From the NCBI GenBank assembly GCA_040954595.2, contig CM082585.2, forward strand, positions 5,543,808-5,607,807: DNA of 64,000 bases, given 5' to 3'. A model generated the notes under the pieces. That model was given only the letters and a program-made list of their open reading frames with translations. It searched no databases and had not been told where the DNA came from. Shown here in pieces: positions 45,184 to 60,800 of this stretch. The stretch's first letter is position 1. Each line of letters starts with the position of its first letter. A program made the position numbers and the translations under genes. The DNA comes from Balanoglossus misakiensis (lineage: Eukaryota > Animalia > Hemichordata).

Positions 45184-48100
45184 CACATACTCAAATAATT
45201 TCTGTCGCATTTTCCAATTTAATCAGTTATAGCCTGAAGTGGTCAGTGTCCTTTCACAGTCGAATGATTTTGATAAATTTTGGAACAGCAAGACCTAATA
45301 TTATTACAGAATTTACATTGTTGTCCACATTTTGAACACAGGCATTTGTTTCAAACGATGTGGTGTGACTGACCAATAAGAATGCTCAATGTGCCATTTT
45401 TATGTAAAGTTAGGGAGCATTGTACATAAGGCTTGATTCTAATTGGCTTAGAGCTTTAGTACTCTAATATATAATGCTATTTCCCAGGCCTTCGAAGGCA
45501 CGACATTATGCTTTTTAGACTATTGTAATTTGTTTTAGAAATTAATCACGGGATAGTATCTGTAATTTATCAGAAATTCTTCAGTTTGCTCTGTCTTTCA
45601 AATGAATTTACTTATTTATGATCTGAAGGTATATTGAAAGAACTAACCTACATGCTGATGTTTTTCATTGTGACTTCATGGAGTAAAACAGCATGTTTTT
45701 ATTTAGATTGGCACACAGAACAAATTTTTTATCACAGCTTCATGGTTGCAGTGTCTTTCAGTGAAGGTGATGATTTTTCTGTGGATTAAAATTTGAATGC
45801 CATAGTTTCTCTGTCAAAATGTAATACATCATTTTCACCCATTTTTCTCTAATTTTTTCCCTTAATTTTAGACCAGTTGGATACAATTATCCATTGTCTT
45901 CGGGTTATAATCAAAATTTGAGAAAAAATGTGGAAAAAGTTATGAGGTTACATTTTTTGGAAGATGACGACAAGTTGGTCATGGTGTTGAAAGAGATTTC
46001 TATGAAATGTATGTCATGTAACATTTCCTGCTAAAGGCCAGCACGACTGCAATACAATAGCACGGGTATGCAAACAAGGGACCCTGCTGGAAATCATCCA
46101 AGGCAGCTGTGTTTTGTATTCCATTTAGAGAATGAAACGAAGATGTATAAAAAAAGTCGCACAGGTACAAACACACATCTCTTATACCCCTGTAACTGGG
46201 TTAAACCTTTGCAACTGAAAGAAAGCAAAAATAACGGTGTAAAAGGTTTGAGTCAAACATCCAATTAAAAGCAAATGTCGAACTGGAGTCGACCCAAGAC
46301 CTTTATTTGTGATTTATATTGTGATATCATGAACATCTGTCAACAGATTGTGCATGTAAAGAATAAAAAAAAAAAACAATTATTTTCCGTGTCTATGCTT
46401 CTCGATCAATTTAAATTCCCTGCAGGGTCTACAGTATACTCTTTATGCAGTACAGGCAGTTTGTATCTATCTATAGAACATTTCCTTAATAATAAAGCAC
46501 GCAGACTTCTTGTTTAAATAGACTGCAGGATCGGTTTTTATATAATGATCTTCCAAATATTGGCCAAATCATTGATACTGTTTTATGTCGTAATACATAT
46601 TTCCAGTACTTGAGATAAAACTATTGTGTGTTACTAGTAAATAGTTGTCAGTGTTTCTGGGTGTGTGTTTTCTATGGAAACCATAAAAAAAATTTTGGGG
46701 TGAATAATTTGAAAATTTAACCTTATCGCACACATTCACTTGTTTGTGGAACCTGCCATTGCATTGGCGACAACAGGGCTAAACTAATAAGTGGTTGAGA
46801 AAGGGGTGGAAGCTACACTCCTTCTGCAAATGGAGTTCTGGCAAATGACATTGTGACTGTGAGTAAAGCCATGAGACATGTACTCTGAGGAAGTATGGAA
46901 AACTATTAACAGGCCTTGGTGGTTTAGTGTGAAACCCAGAGTTCGGGGGTCATCACTACCGCTATGTGACAGGAAAAGTAGTTCCCCGTTTCCGTGCTTG
47001 ACCCAATTTTTATGCAAAATTCAGCGAAGCCTGACAAAAAGGGAAAAGGAAATAACTGTGACTTCAGAGCAGAAGAATGACTTCCTTTAAGGAAAAACAC
47101 ACCTGCACACCCCTATTTTTTTGAGTTGTTTAAATAGGAAAGCTTCTCAATCTCAGAAAACAATGGGATTACACAGAATGTTATCAGATATGAGGGGGGG
47201 GGGAATCTGGTGGTTATTAAATTATTTGATAGTGATGTGATAGTGGTAAGTGGAGCCAGTTATGAACTGATGAACCGTGGGCTTTGGCTCTGATCCAAGA
47301 TGGATATGACTGTGTCAAAGGTCATTGGGGATGGGGAAATCAGCCATTGTGCAAACCCACTCCCATTGTTCTGTTTTGTGGGCGATGAATGTATTGTCGT
47401 TCTTGCCTCAGGGAAGTGACTATTCCTTGCGGTGACGATGACCGATGATCTTTTTAATACGCAACCGCGTTGCAAACTGTCGACGTGCTGTGTTGTAACT
47501 TGTACTAATCTGCATTCCAACACAAGTGCAGTTTACGCTTTCCAGATGAATGATACGTCTGTCGGTTGCCCTTTGACCTCATTGACGGTTGCTGCAAACG
47601 CTTAGAATAGTGTCCATGTATGCTTGCCATTGAACTTGTTATCTGCGGGAAATACTTTGGTTTAATCTTTGCGGTTGTCGGGTTTTTCTGGTAACATTCC
47701 ATTCTGTCCATGATCTTGATGAACGAGCGCCTGGACCATCCTTTGCCCTTTTATGGAAGTGCCGTGGTATTGTGTTACCCCAAAAATGCCAGAAATGTTT
47801 TGAGTGGGTGACAGATTTTCCAAAGACCCTCCCACCCTCAGGTATAGCATTAACCAAACATGCAAAATGTGATATCTTCCAAAATCCTAAACAGATGAGG
47901 GTTTATGCTCAAAATGCGTGTGTTTATATAATTGTTACACACATGCATGCTTGCTGCATGCACAAACACCTGCATACACCTTTCACAAAGTTCACAAACA
48001 TTAGCAGACAAATAGCACATTGAATCCCAACAGAGGAAAGATTTCAATGTCATAAAAATGTTTGATAACTTCATGAGGATCTTGCATCAGCCCATATACC

Positions 48101-48608
48101 AATAATTTGTCTGCAAGTGTTCAACTGACAGTTATGTTAATTTTAAACAAAACTCTCTGGTTGTTCAGATGTGGAAATGACTATTTAACAATGCATGTTG
48201 TGTACCCAAGATGTTTTTCTCTTTTCTTTATAAAAGAGGTCATGCCTCCATGAACTTGAACAGAGTGAGCACCCATACAGACTACAATGAACAATGGTTG
48301 TGGAATTCAGTATGCAAAGACAATGTCCTATTGTTCTTTTTATCCAGTGCGTCATTATTATAGAATTTCATTGTATCACCAGTCACTGTTCATAAATTTC
48401 TGCTATCTACAATCAGACACGGAGTTGACATGTATTTGCAATATATAATTCAACTCTGACATTTCAACAAAACCCGTAAAAGGATTTATGGGTCGGAAAG
48501 TTCACTAGTGCACAGGTCACGGGTCATTTTTATGCAGTATTATTGCACGAATTTATCAGATTTGGAAATATGCCTCGTTAAACATATGTTACAGGAGTGG
48601 TGTATTGT

Positions 48609-48700
48609 TCAACCCTGTCACCACCATGGTTTGTCCCACAGTCATTGTTTTCTATTGTAAAGTTGACCTATGCAGGGGGGGGGGGGGGTGAAAGGGTTAA
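48609..48700. mobile_element. MITE family B copy
   Basis: TCAACCCTGTCACCACCATGGTTTGTCC ... GGGGTGAAAGGGTTAA. Confidence 0.6.
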
Positions 48701-51700
48701 GCTGCTGAGCGATTAATACACACACATGTGGATGTGCACGCACTTCAGTACTGTATTTTTTTTTTCAATCATTATGCAAATCAGATCAGATATGATTGAA
48801 TATGCAAATTATATGATATATAGGCAAATGAGCAGATTTGTTCTGGTCATTTGTGTTTGTTTGTTCTGAGATAGAGAACTATTGATTTGCTGTCATCTGT
48901 CTTTACAGATGTCAAACCTACTGCACACAGTTCCGGGTCCAGAATATTGTTTCCTTGAAGGTGTTGAGTTTATAGTGGAATAAGCTTCAGGATCTGACTT
49001 CCAGACCTTTCAACTCCGACCTTTGGTGAGAGAAGTCTTCTTGAAATAAAAGAAGTTCATAAAAATTACTAATTTAGGTTTGTTCCATAGATTGGACCTG
49101 CTCACTTGGAAATAGGGATGAGCAGATAGCATCAATTAACACATTCATAGACTTTTCCCAATCCCCTAGTTCTGCATTCCAGAACACTGTGTATTTGTAA
49201 CTGATAACTGGCTTATTAACTGTACACAATACATTTCCCATTTTGTTGCCAATTGATAATTAATTATTGTAAAATCCACATTTTACCCAGCATGATGTAT
49301 TTATGTAAAACATGTAAAAAATTGATGATCTCATTAAAACTGTAACTTATGGGAAAAAAGTGATGCAAATTAAACATTGCACTTATTGTTGAGACAAAAA
49401 AAACTATTAATATATTCCAGGTTGCATTGTGGGGGTTAATTATTATTTTCTTTTTTGACATATGAATAGATGGTTATCTCTCCTTAGTCCTGAGTATTTT
49501 AACACATTCCGGATTACATTGTGTTGAACTGAATGCAACAATTAAGTCCTTGTGGGAACTTTCACAAGTCAATTAACAATGTAAAATTCAACCAGAAATT
49601 ATGTAATCAGAAGATTGTATGGTGTCCTCCTATGATCTATGCATTTTTTGGTCATGTTCCGACATGAACTAAAATAAACACCACTGTGGTTATTATAGAT
49701 GACTGATTAATTCATAATGTACACACCAAGTACAATCCACCACCGCCAACAGGTCATTTCAGGTCAAGTAGAGTTCAAGCTTCCCCCTTTTTCAAAAGAA
49801 CAGAAAACTTCTCAGTCATATGCAGCCTCTGAGTTGACCATTTTACCAACCTACTGACATAATATTCTATCGACTTCCTGTGTATAATTGTGTAAGGAAG
49901 TCTTTTTGTGTATGTGAAAGTGCCATGGTTTCACTAATATTCTGACATACATGAATTCACCCCTGATAAAAAAAAAAAAAAATTCAGTGTTTTGGTCATG
50001 TGTGTTAATATTGGCTTCTTGTTCTTTTTCAAAAAGTATGTTGAAACAATCAAAAATTGGCTTGTTTCCAAAACAGCTCACATGGTAGTGTATATAGGTA
50101 TGTGTATTTAACAGGTATAACAGGTTGTGATATACTTTTTCCTATGAATCAATGACTAAGACCTTAATTGATGTCATTTTTCCATTTAATTATCTGTAGT
50201 TTCATTTAGTTTGTAAATTTAGAGAGAGAACAGGGAAGTGAAAGGAGGGCGTAATGTCAGCAAACTGAAAGAAGGAACTAAAAAGTTCTGAATTGAAAAC
50301 AATGTCAAGCTTTTACATGTAAATTAATTGGGCTGGTTACTTCCTGGTAGCAACATCAGTATGCTTATATAACAAATACCTGGTTTATTGGAGAAATGCA
50401 CCTTATATACATGTAACCTTGAATTATCTGGTCACCATAGACATTGCAGGGTGTTAGATGTGTGACTGTCAGTCTATAGGTATGCCAAGTGTTTGGGATA
50501 ATCATTAATGTGTGCATTTGACAAAGTTCTGCAATTCGGCAATATATCTACAAATAATACTCGACCCAAAATAAATTATTTCATAGTGGGGAATGCTAAG
50601 TGGAGTTTTATAGCCAGTGTGACTAATAGGCATATTAAATGGCAATTTTAGATAAGTAATATTCAATAAATAAATTTGTCTAATGGAGATACAGAGAAAA
50701 TAGAATGAAAGTCAATTAATAATCATGGATAATTTTAATCGTAATATGATAAAGTGTTAGACAATATTGGCTAGCTGTGTCCCAGAAGTTAATTAACTAT
50801 TTTGCATATTTAATTATTTTAATCAGACAAGATTAACTCTAAAAAAATAGCAGGGCTCACTGTGAATTTAATGTTGGTTGTTATAATATATCAGATAAGA
50901 TTTTGTGGGCCGTGACTTGCATAATTAAGTTATTTGCATAATTGAACAGAACGTCTCCTTGTGGATTTAATTTTTTTGATAGATCAGCAACCAATAGTAA
51001 TAAGGCATGCAACGTTACTCTACTGATTGTCACTTATATAAATAATTGTCAAACTTGCAAAGCATAAATACAAAGGAAAACCAACTATTAAACATTGATA
51101 TAGTTTGATGCATGAATTACCATTCTCAGATTAATACTCGCATACAGTCAGTTCACATCTGGTACTCTACAGATCTTTTGTGAAAGAGATACTGATCGTG
51201 CATGCGGTATTTCACAGACTGTCACCAGAAAGACCATAATTTGCACTTGATGTAACAAGATTATTCAAACACCTCACCACAAATCTGATAGTTCCTGCAG
51301 CAAGGGCAAACTGAGTCACGTGACATCATGTCAATTAAGTGAATTGGTATTTATCAGTCAAAAAAGACCCAATACACGGTTGCCATGGGTACAGATCATG
51401 TAATAATTTACAAAATGGGGAAGCAATTTGGTTTGAATTAAGTGTCACATAAACAGCAATATGGCATTTTTGCGTGGGAGCCTTCCCTAAAACCACCAAT
51501 GTAAGTTTTGTAGAAATGTTTTTACACAAATTTTACTCAAGTGCACAGTAAATATGAAATTTTAATACCGCAAAGGTCCATCAAGAACGGTGGGAATTGA
51601 ATTTTCTGTAAAAAGTGATAATTCATGGATCTTAAGAATGCACAGCATGAAATTGCAATTTTTATATAATGTGTATGGCTGAATGGTTTCACGAAATGTG

Positions 51701-53766
51701 AGAACAAAAATGATATTTAAACATAAATATTTACATTTCTGAATAAAAATGACAGACTGATATCATCAAAAACTGGAAAAGGGGGAACCCAGGTTTTAAA
51801 AAGAAATAAAGATTTGAGACAGCATATATTTTATGTAACTATTAATTTTGTCAAATCTTTATGTTTTAATACCTTAGTATCTCTACAAGGTCATTTGAAG
51901 AGGTGATAAAATGCCATTGGCATTCAATGTCGTTTGAAGTTCAAAGGTTGTCAGGTGTAAACTCTCCAACAATCAGCAGATCCCACATTGTCGACTGAAA
52001 TTCCTGTCACACACAAAACAGAGGCAATTAGAGCAGGCTTTAATTGCATTGACATTTATGAGTGCTTGTAACATGTCAGTATTTCTTTCCGTTTTATTTT
52101 GTCGTGTGGACAATTGACTTTTATCTACATTTTTGAAAAAAAACAGGAAATAAGCGTTTCAGTTTTACTTTTGTTGCTGTGGCAGAGGATGCAGCCTATG
52201 AATTTTTAAAGCAACATTTTGTGTATTCTGAGCGATATTTGGTTTCCCTTGACATGTCATTGAGCAAAGGGCTGTTGTATGTAAATGAGCGTGAAATTAG
52301 CATGCACCCGGGGTCAGTGCAGAAGGTCACAACTCAATGCCTCCTCTCAACAGAAAATTCTGCAGAAAACTGTGATTGATCAGACTAAAATAAATTTACC
52401 ACAGATTTAATAAAAACTAATTCTTTGAAATAATCTCAACTTTAATACCCATTAATATTGTTGAATTAGAATAATGGAGAAAATTGTCCTCGCCAATATC
52501 GAGTCAACCAGTGAGTTTATTACATTTATTTATGTGGCAAACAAATTGGTACCGGCAAATATATTACAGAAATCATAACAAAATTCATAAAAATGTCTTT
52601 TAAAATAAAATAACCTTTTGTATCCTTTTACCTGTATATTGACCTTGATTTTGACATTAGACTTTGGGTCAAAGGTCAAAGTCACTACTTCAGAAAAAAA
52701 TAGATGTATATCGTAGTTTTTAATGGTGTTTCAATACACTTCACATCCTGTCTACAATTTTTACAATTTTTTTTTTATCTATTTTTTCTTCAGTCTCTAC
52801 ATGTGACTAATTTGGAGTGCTGCCTATTGATTAAATCGTTATATACCCTAGACATGTTAGCGAGACAGTTGCAACTTATTATAAAACGATGAAAATGCGA
52901 AAGAAGTCTACAAAGTTCTAAAATATTGTGGGAATATTGCTGAGTCAGCACTTTTCTTGCTCTCCTCATGCTGAAGTTTTCCTATGTTGAAAACATCTGA
53001 ACGGGCTCTATCAACAAATTAAGCACGTTGACATAGGGTTTTCTTTATATCATTTAATAAAGCTCCTCTTCGGGGACCTTCTGTGTAAATTTCAAGGAAA
53101 TGCAAATATTGCAACAGTGTTTTCTCAAAATTCTAAAGGAACCATGCACTGCATCTAATATCTGGTCCCCAACAACTCTGTAGGCTCATCATGTTGTTCC
53201 ATAGACAACTGTCAAAGCTCTCTTTTTCGTGTAAAGAAAAGTAGGGGTGGACTTAAAATAAGAACATTTTTAAAACGCCTTATATCATTTCCCCCCATTT
53301 ATAATGAACATCCATCTCCAGGTGTTCAACCTCCAAAACTTTTTCTGCGAGCTTCGCTTTGGAATCCAGGGCAGACAGCGTGACGTCACTAAGTCAATAA
53401 TTATTCACACCCCCCTCTAAGGTGCAATCGACAATGTGATCGCATGACAGCTACGCGAGAGAAAATAGTGCCGTCAGTTTCGCACCAACAAACCCCTCTG
53501 CACGCCTTGCAGAATGTCGTAAACCTCATTAAATGGGAAAATATTTTTAAAATATACATCTCGCTGACCCCCGAAGGCACAAAATTGCGCACAGTTTAGC
53601 AATTGAGCAGGAAGTCGCGGCGGTTATATATTTAGAAACGGTTTTGCAGTATTGTCCACGTGACAAATGGTACTGTGAGACACTTCCTGCCAAAGTAAGT
53701 GTGTGATCGGCGTGTCTTCCGCGAAGGAACTACGACATTTTTGCGAGGAATTGAACAAGCAACAAC

Positions 53767-56700
53767 ATGAGTTGGCAAGGTTACATCGACCAGTCGCTAA
53801 TGGGCACAGGGAAAATAGCCAAAGCGGCTATCCATGGACACGATGGGAATGTATGGGCGAAAAGTGCAGGCTTCGATGTAAGTAACACACCCCACATACA
53901 ATCCTTCAGACTTTACACGCCGGCATTTCCGAACTTCACGGGTCACTCTCGGTCAGATTTGTCGTGTCATGATACGGTCCGGGTGTAATATGATTGTACG
54001 CGAACTATTCTGCGATCCTTCGAGTGCATATGTGCGAAAAGCAGGCCGTTTCTTGTCAAACTTCCCGAATTCATGGCGGACTGTGTATGTGTGGCGTTGA
54101 TGTCGAGAGGGGAGTGGTGTCCATGGCCGACAGAATTCATACATTTTTTCCAATATGGCGGATGTGCAGACGGTATCCTCAACTTTGATGTAATGTTGAG
54201 ATTTACATCGAGCACTAAACAAGATTACCATTGCCCACTGTACACCGTTACCCGCCAGTATACGACTCTCCCGATCATATTGTAATTAACGGTATTAGTG
54301 GTGTTAACTGATTTTCATTGTTTCCTAATCTTTCTATACTTTTTTGAATAGGGCTTCCCTGTCGCTATACACCGCTACAGTGAAGGTTCGAGAGAAACAA
54401 AACTGGGTGGGTCCCCGGGGCGTCCGTGCACTTCCTCCCTGTGTTTAAGTGCTAATTTTTCACTCCAGTACCCCCCAGGTGTCATAATGCCGAATTCGAG
54501 AATAGTTACTGGCAATTGTAGACTATTCTGTCGACTGTATTTTAATTTCTGTCGCCTGCAAGACCTCGGCAGCCGGCCTTTGCTAGCCGTCGACTGAGTG
54601 ACTCTATGGCCTTGAAGGTTGGAAACGATCCGGTTCAATTTATCGAAGAACGTTTCCCTGCTTCTGACTTGTTTTTCCACTCCATTGCGGTTCACTTTTA
54701 ATTATGTTTTGACAGATTTTGAATGGGACCTAAAGAATAATTGACTGCATGTTTGATTGTTTTCAAAATCAAACGTCATACACCATTCATAATTTATGAT
54801 GTTCTCATTTGATAAATACCTTGGCCGCATGCAGGAAGTAGGCATTTTTATCACAAAAAAATGAAGTCACTTCTCCCAAAAGAAATGTCACTCATTAAGT
54901 CGTGATAGTATGAACTATTTTTGGTTTCCTTGTTACACTTACAGTGGGGCTTGTTCAATAAATTACTGACAGAAAGTAATGAGGGGAAGTAGCTATCTCG
55001 CTAGTCATGTGACATATGACATATATAAAACAAGGTCTGTGTGTTTGTGTGCTGGTCGGAAAACAAAGGTGTGTCTCATTTGAATTTTGTTGTCTGCCTG
55101 TGTGTGACACTGTACCCCTACGTCTCTGTATAAGGTAGTCGAATGGAAAGGTAATGCCCATGGCCTATTCACGTCATTTGCTGTGCTTTGTTGTTCAGGC
55201 TTAGTCACACAAATGAGACAGCACTCTCTTCCTGTTTGGATGAATCACTGGTTAATCCCAAAATATTGAATTCGCTTTGGTTCACTATATTTGCCCTCCA
55301 GCTATACTTGCTTTCAGTGCGAGGACCTGTAAGATAGGCAATTCCACATTGTGCTCTTGATGTCATTTTTGAATGACTGCAACTTTGACATTTTCATGTC
55401 TTTGCACAGGTGATTTTAAATTTAATCTGTCCTATTGCATTTATCCAAGGCCGAAACAAGTCTTACTGCTTTATCAATAAATCATCATTGACTTCAAGGA
55501 GATAATTAGTTTTATTAACATTTTTTTTGTACAGATCTCAATGTGAAGCTGTTTTCTTTGTCAACTGAATTATTGCAGTGATAACTGGTGTATACTTTTG
55601 TGTGGAAACCAATTAACAGTCTTATTGGATTCATTTTGTCTGCCCTCTTCAGACATGCTGAGGCTATCAAGAGGTCAACCATGTGTCTTGTCTGGATCAC
55701 AGTGCCGTACAATCTCACTGACTTCAAATAAAATCAGTTTATTACTGTGGATAACAGGCAAAAGGAAAATAACCAAATTGGAAATCTGGTTTGCTCTGTT
55801 GTGTGATTAAAAAAATATCTCGATGACTTGTGATAATTTGACAGATTAATTTGATATTGTTTCTCACATACTCTCATTGCTTTCGCAAGAAGAGCTGTAA
55901 ATGGGGTGACAATGTACTATGAAGGGCCTAAATTTCACTGGGGAAAAAGCAATATACTTCTCTGTGCACGTTCATTGAAAAGTCGATGTACATGTTAGAG
56001 ATATCACTCTGCAACAATTGTAGGATGATGGCCAAGTGTCATTGACTTCTGAACTCTGTCAGTGGTGTTAATTGTTTCCCCCAACCATTCCGGCCTCTGT
56101 ATCTGGCACCTGCCACCATTGTGTTTGCCTGCTCACAAGAAATAGAGGTGACTCAAAGGTTGGGAGGAAAAGTAGTCTTCTGTAATATCAAATGTTGTAT
56201 CACAACTTAATTTTTTAAAACCAAATTTTGGTGATGGAGTTCGCAGGCATACATTGGCTGCTAGCCATGTACGAATGACATGGTTAGATATTACCTCATA
56301 GTGAAACCACCTGACCATAAGGAGGTATATAAAAAGCTGTATAAAAGGGACGCACTTAGGTGATTTCACACCCAATAACCTTGGGGTGAATAACCTGTAA
56401 ACAACTGGGGGGAAAACATTTGTAGCGTGGATGTCACTCTAACAGGAAGCAAAGATCTGATTTTAAGGAATATGGCATATCTGGCATAGCAAAACTATTT
56501 GACCAGTTAAAAAATCACCAATCATAAGTGGTTTTCATTGATCGCAGCTTGTTTAGAAAATGTCGTGGGTCACCATGGTGAATGGGTCACGCTGACAATG
56601 GGTTGAGGTCACACAGGTCATGTATACAATTGCAGGGTCCAACGTCTGCTAGCATTCTCTGTTGTAAATGGGGTTACTCTGGATTAAGTGTTTGTGTAAT

Positions 56701-57805
56701 TCAGAATCTGTCATGACTTCTGATTTTTTTTTTCCAAGCCCAAACGTGCTCGCTGGCATTTTGCGTTCAAATTTTATGCGAGGAATGACTCTCGCAGATA
56801 TGTGATATAACTGGCATACCATTGAAATCCATCGTTATTTTTTTTTTCACCAGTTTTTGTGAAGTGCTTACACTTGCTAAAATTTGCACTGACTGCATTG
56901 AAATTCAGACTTGTACTTCTTTTTATTGACCACAGGTTAGTGCGGCGGAAGTAAAAAAAGTAGTCGAAGGTTTCAAAGACCCATCAGTTCTCGCAGCTAG
57001 TGGCATACATCTTAATTCAGTGAAATACCAATTTCTCAGGTGCTTGGAAGATAAAGAAATATATGGCAAGAAAGGTAGCGACGATGGATGCTGTATTATA
57101 AAGACACCTAAAAGTAAGTGTAGTTTTTTTTTTTTACACATGCAGAACCACACTGTGTGTGAACTTGTCTGTTAAGCCAGAGCCAAGATGGCATCTGAAA
57201 ATTCTAATACTTATAATCAGAGAGGAAGACCATGATTAGATAGAAATGCTACGTCATAAGCAGAATCCAGCAGCAGATTAAGTACATGCTATCGTGTAAT
57301 TATAAGTTTGTGTATAGCATACCACTGGTCAGGAGAAGGGGGTATCTCCATTCATGACATAAGATAGCTGGAAATCAGATATGGATGTCTGTTTACATGA
57401 TACTTGGCACACATCTCTTTTCATCCATGATGTAGTAGACCTCTCAGTCACATAGTACGAAGATATTACACACATGTTTAACCTTGTCACCCCTATTTCC
57501 CTGTGTAAAGGTCCATCACAGCTGTTGAGAACAATAGAGTTGGACAAAACCACGGTGCTGAAAGGGTTGATTAACAGCTAAAATGACAAATGCGGTTTTA
57601 GACATCCCAAGTGACCAATGAGTGGATTATTTTAACAGACATGTTCAGTTGTATCCTGCAAAACAAAACCTTATTTATTTTTGTTTTCTTCTTTTTTCTT
57701 TACACAGCTCTAATCATCGGCGTTTACTGCTCTGGAATGCAAGCTGGTGATGCAAATAAGGTATGCGGCGCCCTCGGCGACTACCTCGCAGAAAATGGCT
57801 TCTAG
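53767..57805 (+). CDS. PFN: Profilin, 128 aa
   Basis: Exons 53767-53877, 56936-57113, 57708-57805 (387 nt). [47 protein letters not shown] at 57934. Confidence 0.95.
57478..57570. mobile_element. MITE family B copy in profilin intron 2
   Basis: TTAACCTTGTCACCCCTA ... TGAAAGGGTTGA. Confidence 0.55.
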
Positions 57806-60800
57806 ATGCGGACGTTTTGGCATGAACTCCTCAAAATCAAAAGCATGTGGTCGTTGAGTTGAATCTCCCAATGCAGCAAACATCTGGTGGGAGTTTTACA
57901 CGCCTATGTCACACCCAGGCAAAAAGCTGTTGTAATAAATTTAATATTTGCAAAAATAATTAAACAGGGGAAAATTGTGAATTCTTTGCCAGGAAAGAGT
58001 TGTCTCGCACCATTATGTTTTAACAGTTAATGCCTTGTAATTTCCGAGGGGGGGGGGGGGGGGGGTTAGGAATTTATATTCCTATTGCTTGAAAAAAAAA
58101 TCAGGATAACATTGTGCCATGAGTAGTGGGGAAATGTAGGACCCTGCCAATCCCCCTGTACAGTGTTGCAACCCCATTAATCTCGATCATGTGGATTGTA
58201 CCACTGTACAGGAAATGGGGGTGGCATGTTTTAGAAGCACGCACCAGCTGACTCAGAATGACCAAAAATACTGAAATCCATAAGTGGAAATGACCAAGTA
58301 TTGCTACAAAACAGATGGCTGAACCTCCTTCAGAATTGTACAATGTTATCTTGAAGGGGGGAGGGTGTTTTTGACAGATTTATGAAGCTTTTTTTCAGTT
58401 TGCAAAAAAGTAGCCTTTTATTTTGCCCTATATTTGTAGAACCTAATAAGAGTTTCTTGTAAAACAATGAAATGTTGATTGAATTTCAGATCAGCTTCAC
58501 ACACAGGCTTTTACGCTAGTGTCGAAATGGTGCAGTAACTTTCTAATGTTTCCTCCCGATCTCCCGATGCTTATGGTGTGATTGTCCATTTCATTAATAT
58601 GCATGCTTGGATACGGGGAGAGGGATAGATTTCTTGCAAGGGTGGGGTTGTAGATTTGCTTGAGATTCGTGTACAGAGAAGGGGAATCATCTCAAAATCT
58701 TATCTGTAGAGTTTTCTGTTGTTTTGTTTCTGTGCAATTGGCCAACTGGTCTGTCCAGCTATGTGACTAAGTGACTCTTGCGATGTAGAACATTCCTCAT
58801 TCTGTTCTTGGGCAGACTTGAAAAGCAGGGGTTGGATCCAACTGAAGAAATCTTTTTTAAAAAATCCACCGACTTCGATGATAGGCTGACCGGTGCCAAT
58901 CACAGAGAAATGAAAAACAGAATGCATACAGGGGGTGTCCGTCATATAAGTGAACCATATTAGTCCCCCGGGAAAAGTTTTCATTGAAATATGCATTTCT
59001 TTCATAATACACCTGCTTTCATATATATTTTGTATGATTGCTTACAGAAAAAAAAAGTAGTTACAGAGGGTAGTTCGATGCAAGTGGACATGTTAGTTGA
59101 AACCACTGGCTTGATTTTATACTTGGTTATAAATAAAAAGGTTCAAACATTTAACAGCAGTTGTTCTGCTTGTGGTTGTGACTTCAGTTAAGTTCCATTA
59201 TAGTTTAGACCAGTTGAATAGAAAATTGTCTCAAATAAAACAATCAACTTCGGTATTCTATCATTTTGTGCATTATTTATTTCACCCCCACCCCCTTATC
59301 CAAACTGGATGTTTTCTCCAACAACATGCCACAATGTACCAACAGGTTACCCGTACCCCCTGCATATGCGTGACAGAAGGGTAACAGGACTGCCTATTTG
59401 GAAACCCATACTGATTTCTTACAAAGCAAAAAATAGTATCATTCTGACCTGGGATATGCACATTTGTTGGATCAACCTGTTTATTGACATTAAAACCATA
59501 CAAAGCAAAAATGCATCATTGTAGCTTAGACCAGTGGAATGCAGATCATGACGATAACCATGTCAGATGACAACAGAATTATCCCCCTGTATTTATATTA
59601 CTGTAAAAAAAAATACAACTAATTCCATTTGCAATATTTAACTGTTCCAAACCCAATCCAAATCTCACGACATTGCCCTTTTCTTTGTGGCCAACAATTC
59701 TTCCGACCTTAAATAGGTTTTGGCTACCAAGGTGGGTGATAAAAATCTCACATGGTCGACACAATTTCAAGATGGCCGATTTTTGCCATGTTTAAGGAAT
59801 AGGAGTTCATAAGCTAAAGTAATGATTGGTCATTCTGAAACTTTTTAACAGAAAAAATAACAAAATGTGAAAAAAGTTTAATGAGTTTAATATGGTAACT
59901 ACAAAGACAGACATGTTTGACCTAAGGAAGTCATGAAATACAGTAAATATATTTCTTCTATCTCGTACTACAGTGGGTTGTCGACTTTTCGACCAGAATG
60001 CAATGTGATTTGACCCCCTAGCGCAAAGTGGAAACCTATTTAAGGCAGCCAGAATTGCTTTGTGTGTGACTGAGAAAGTCATGCAAAGGAGACATGGGGT
60101 CATACAGTGATGCAGATATGTTTAGTGAGGGCGCTGTTGACACAACTTTATCAAGTATAAAATGAAACACAAACCATTCGATGAGAAAAAGTTTATTTTG
60201 TAGAAGGTTAGACAATTCATGTAATACCATACTAAAATAAAACTTTAGCCACATGGTGTTATGATTTGTAATGTAATGTCTCTACACTAATTTTACAAGC
60301 AACCAGTGTTTTCACACATCACTGAGACGTGACTGTCTTATTCCATAATTCACATGTTCAAAACTGAACACCAAGAAATCTCTGCAGTTATCAAGAATAG
60401 TGCACCATGGGAGGTTCCCACCTTGTCGGGAAAATGCATTACAAGAATTTTTCGCAAGCATACAGACCAAACTGCTTCTAAGCTTCTTGGTGCAATTTGT
60501 ATGTTTTATAAAATAAATTCAGTATATATCAAAGTCAAGGAGATACATACACATTCTGAGCACAATTTAGTGAAAGGACAGAATTTTCCCTCTAACTTTA
60601 ATAGCCACGTGATTAAATAAGTCTTAATTTATCTGTGCGGATGGCAATATACAGTAAACCCTTCCCATTGTTTGAATCAATATGGTTGGATCATATGCTT
60701 TGAAATAAGGTAGAAAGTGTTAGGCTTTCTTTGCGAGGCTTTCCATGGTGCTGGCAAATCTTAACACTACCAGGTAGTGGTACGTCTGTGTGCTCATGTT

